The position numbers were made by a program, and so were the translations under genes. A stretch of DNA of 62,997 nt, filler included, from Choristocarpus tenellus KU-1152 (lineage: Eukaryota > Protista > Phaeophyceae), in assembly GCA_964200185.2 (NCBI GenBank). It is 12 parts of 12 records of this genome, joined end to end, with 100 filler letters (N's around TTAATTAATTAA, not from the genome) between each part and the next. Parts side by side here need not be neighbours in the genome. Positions count along the whole stretch, not along the records: positions 57,783 to 62,997 come from CAXNAD020011483.1; 11 more parts are not named here. One strand, 5' to 3'. Shown in pieces: positions 59,897 through 62,997 of this stretch; the first letter of the stretch is position 1, and every line of letters starts with the position of its first letter. Under the pieces are notes generated by a model. The model saw only the letters and a program-made list of their open reading frames with translations, ran no database searches and had not been told where the DNA came from.

Positions 59897-62800
59897 CTAC
59901 GATTGGTGTGTGACAACAACAGTCAACATGTGCTCCTTATTGTATGTTGTCCTTTTCTTATACTTTATGTACTGGAGGGAATATTTTGTCATTCCCGCTA
60001 CAAATATTATTCTGAAGTGCCAAGTAATTATTCCGAGCTGTAGCTACACCCAGAAAGGTACCGCTATATATCAGAGTAGAGTAAGAATGCAACTAAGGTT
60101 TATACAGTAGAGAACGATCGTTGGTGGCCGTTCTGCACATCAGCCAACAGCGCAGATTCCCATCAAAAATACTCCACGCAAAACCATCAGCACTACTCCA
60201 GAGTTGATATTTTTGCTACACACTAATTCATACGTGAACTCCGATGAACTCTTATTGGGCAGTCAATAGGAACTTGGAAGCACAGTGTGTATGTATATAT
60301 ACCGTATTACAGGTACATGCCAATAAACACCATGGAAAAGCCGCACGTAAGGTCGCCTAAATCACCACCACCACCACCACCACCACCACATTCTCTTTCC
60401 ATCGTGTTATCTTTGGGGGGTAGTGTTGTTTCCAACTGTGAGTTCCTTTCTTTTTCTTTCTTCTTTTCACGGCTTTTGCCTTTTAAAAAAATGGTTCTTG
60501 ATGTCTTGTCAAGTAGAGTAATCACCTTCTCTCGGCTGATGCGATAACAATAATCATAATGATAACAATGATTATCACCAATATTTTCCTTCTTATTAAA
60601 GCATGACAATTATTGTTTTTCTCAACATCAAGTCGCATGTGAAAGAAGGTAGGACCAACTTTTTCAGACTTCAGAATTTGAAGGGCATGTACTCATCTGA
60701 AGCGGAATAAAATCGTATTTTCCTGTACTAATGGGGTTGTTGCTGGCAAGGAGCCCAGTCAGACAAAGCTGAGTCTGACATGAGTGCACATCTCCCTTAT
60801 TTGTTAAATTGTATCTCGCCTCGTGTAGGAGGAGTAGGAGTGATAAACACATCAATATTGCCAAATGTCGTACAGGAATTATTCTTTACATGCAGGTAAG
60901 CCGTACAAGCACCCTGCGAAACCAGAAATACACCTCTCTCAATGCGAGGAAGGTTTGGTTTACCAACCATTAACTATATACTATGACTCCATATTCACTT
61001 GACTAGAATTTTCAGTAGAGTGGAAAGAATCTATATTCCAACACCGTCCCTACCTCAAACAACTCCGAGCTGCCATTTGCTGCGAGTCAAAGTAAACGAG
61101 AAATACCCAGGTTTTGGCCTTTTCGAATTTTAAGCCACTTTATATATATATTGCGATTTATTCGTATTTTTATGGTTCAAGTGCTAAGGTTGACTTGCGA
61201 GAATTGATTTTTCTGTTCTATTAGAATCATTTTCGACAGAGTCCAGAAGCATTTTCTTACTCATTTGCACAAAAAGTCAAAATTTGCACATAATTGTCAG
61301 CATCCTTCAAATCCAACCTTGGGTACCTCTCGTCTACCTTGGCTTTGTGTATTTTCGACTGTCTTGAAGAGGAGACTAAAACCGCGTCTGTGTATCGGTG
61401 TCAGTACCAAGGCTTGCGTGCATGTTTGGTGAATTGCCTCCCTCTTCCTGCTTGTGATCTTTGCTGCCATTTAAGTAGTGCTCTAGAGCAGTAGAAGTTA
61501 CCATCATTTTTGAACAACGAGAAAGACATACTTACGTGTAGAAAGGTTCCGGCAGGGCTTCAGGTTGTAGTACAGGACAGGAGAAATCAGCAAGGTCAAC
61601 CCGACCATGTGGAGACAGTGTGGAATCCTCGTATGTTTTCTTTTACCAGGCTGAAAAAAAAGAGTAGTGAAAGAAGCACACACACACAAAAAAAAGAAAA
61701 CATTTACACAGATACATACTGTTTGTGTTCTGTAGTGCTATGTGTGCAGCACTATAGAACTTCGTCTAGTACCACTTCTGCCAAGACACACTCATTTGAT
61801 TGCCGTGACTACTGCCCCCCCCCCCTCTTTTTTTTCACCTGAAGTACAAACTGCAGTGTAAGAAATGTAAGATTAATAGTACAAACTAATTTTTTGAGGT
61901 CGGTCAAGAGTTTAAAAGACGAGGGATGTAAAGTATTATGCCTACTGTATGTAGTGCACATCGACAGCCTCACTCCCCCTAGCATGGAGCTCTTACCTGC
62001 CTGAAGAAAATGTCTGAGAATAGCAACATTAAATCTGAAGATATTGATTTCTGCTTGGCCTTTCGCAGAGATATTAACTATGTGAGGTCAAAACTTGATA
62101 CCCACTACTACAATAGAGCACAACACGAGCATCAAGGGGCTTTCCCAATACCTACTACGCGTATGTACTCACAGACTTTGAGAGAAGCAGCCCACTTTCC
62201 TTTGCGTATGCACACATCACGAACACAAACAAATTTGACTTCAACAGACTGGAAAAGAACAAAAAAAAAGGGGTTTCCACACCTCAGGGAGGCAGTTGAA
62301 AGTATCGTTTGTGCTTCCATGCGTATTCAATATCTTACCCTCTCTCTCTCTCTCTCTCCTTCAGTCTCCTCATCCACGCACGAGGTGGGAGAAATAAATA
62401 AAAAATGATATAACACTGGCTCTAATTTGCTTTGAAACTAGGATAACCTTTAAATTTAATATTGATAATCGCACAACCAAAACTGCGGCGGTGATTAACG
62501 CGCTGAAACGCACTCAAGAAATTTCTCGTGCAGCCCTAATCCTGAAACGTACAAACAAGAAAGTTCAAACAAAAGCTCCCACCGCCCGACAAGCATCGAC
62601 AAACATGGAACAACAATCGTGGCAAGACAACATTCACAAGTCATGCATGCACACATTCAGTTAGTCTCGGTAGATAGAATCCTGATAGCCCGCAGACCCT
62701 CTCTCACTAAAAACAGCCCTTCTCCCGGAAAGGGTGCACGTGTAAGAAGTTGCAGGGCAACCCAAAAGAGGTAACATTTATAACCAACGATAAGATAGGG

Positions 62801-62997
62801 ATTTGTCAATCTATTGTTGTATTAAAACTGTATTAAAACGCAAGGGTGATGAACTAACTGCCCATGGCATGGTGCAGTTCAACCAATCAGCATTTGTCCA
62901 CCAGTCCCCTTTTAAGCAATCAGAACAGGGAAGCACAGAAAAACCCAAAGCAAAGCGTACAACTTTTCTTGGGGGGACGGAGGGGGGTGGGGGGGAC

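Overview
Eukaryotic nuclear DNA from a fragmented draft assembly. Twelve contigs are joined by 11 artificial 100-bp linkers (N44-TTAATTAATTAA-N44), so adjacency across a linker is meaningless. Intron-rich GT-AG genes, TTAGGG telomere repeats, a signal-peptide plus transit-peptide exon pair and the transposon families suggest a photosynthetic stramenopile, probably a brown alga or close relative (inference). Partial spliced host genes: a secretory cyclophilin PPIase, an ABCB/MDR transporter, an APC/CAT amino-acid permease, a USP12/46-type deubiquitinase, a degenerate plastid-targeted CRTISO-like oxidoreductase and a Cys-rich terminal exon. Most of the rest is transposon sequence: a gag-only copia-type LTR element, a dead DD39D-type mariner, Ty3/gypsy pol, RTE and RLE LINE fragments, probable DIRS, KDZ and Helitron relics, and about 17 copies or fragments of three related MITE families with Sola-like termini. 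The most unusual items are (1) an intron-containing ParB/Sulfiredoxin-like gene in a CpG-rich segment, (2) MITE termini apparently overwritten with TTAGGG telomere repeats, (3) an 11-bp tandem array built from an exon/intron junction that duplicates the splice donor, and (4) the gag-only LTR element with an intact ORF. No CRISPR array, rRNA or tRNA was seen.
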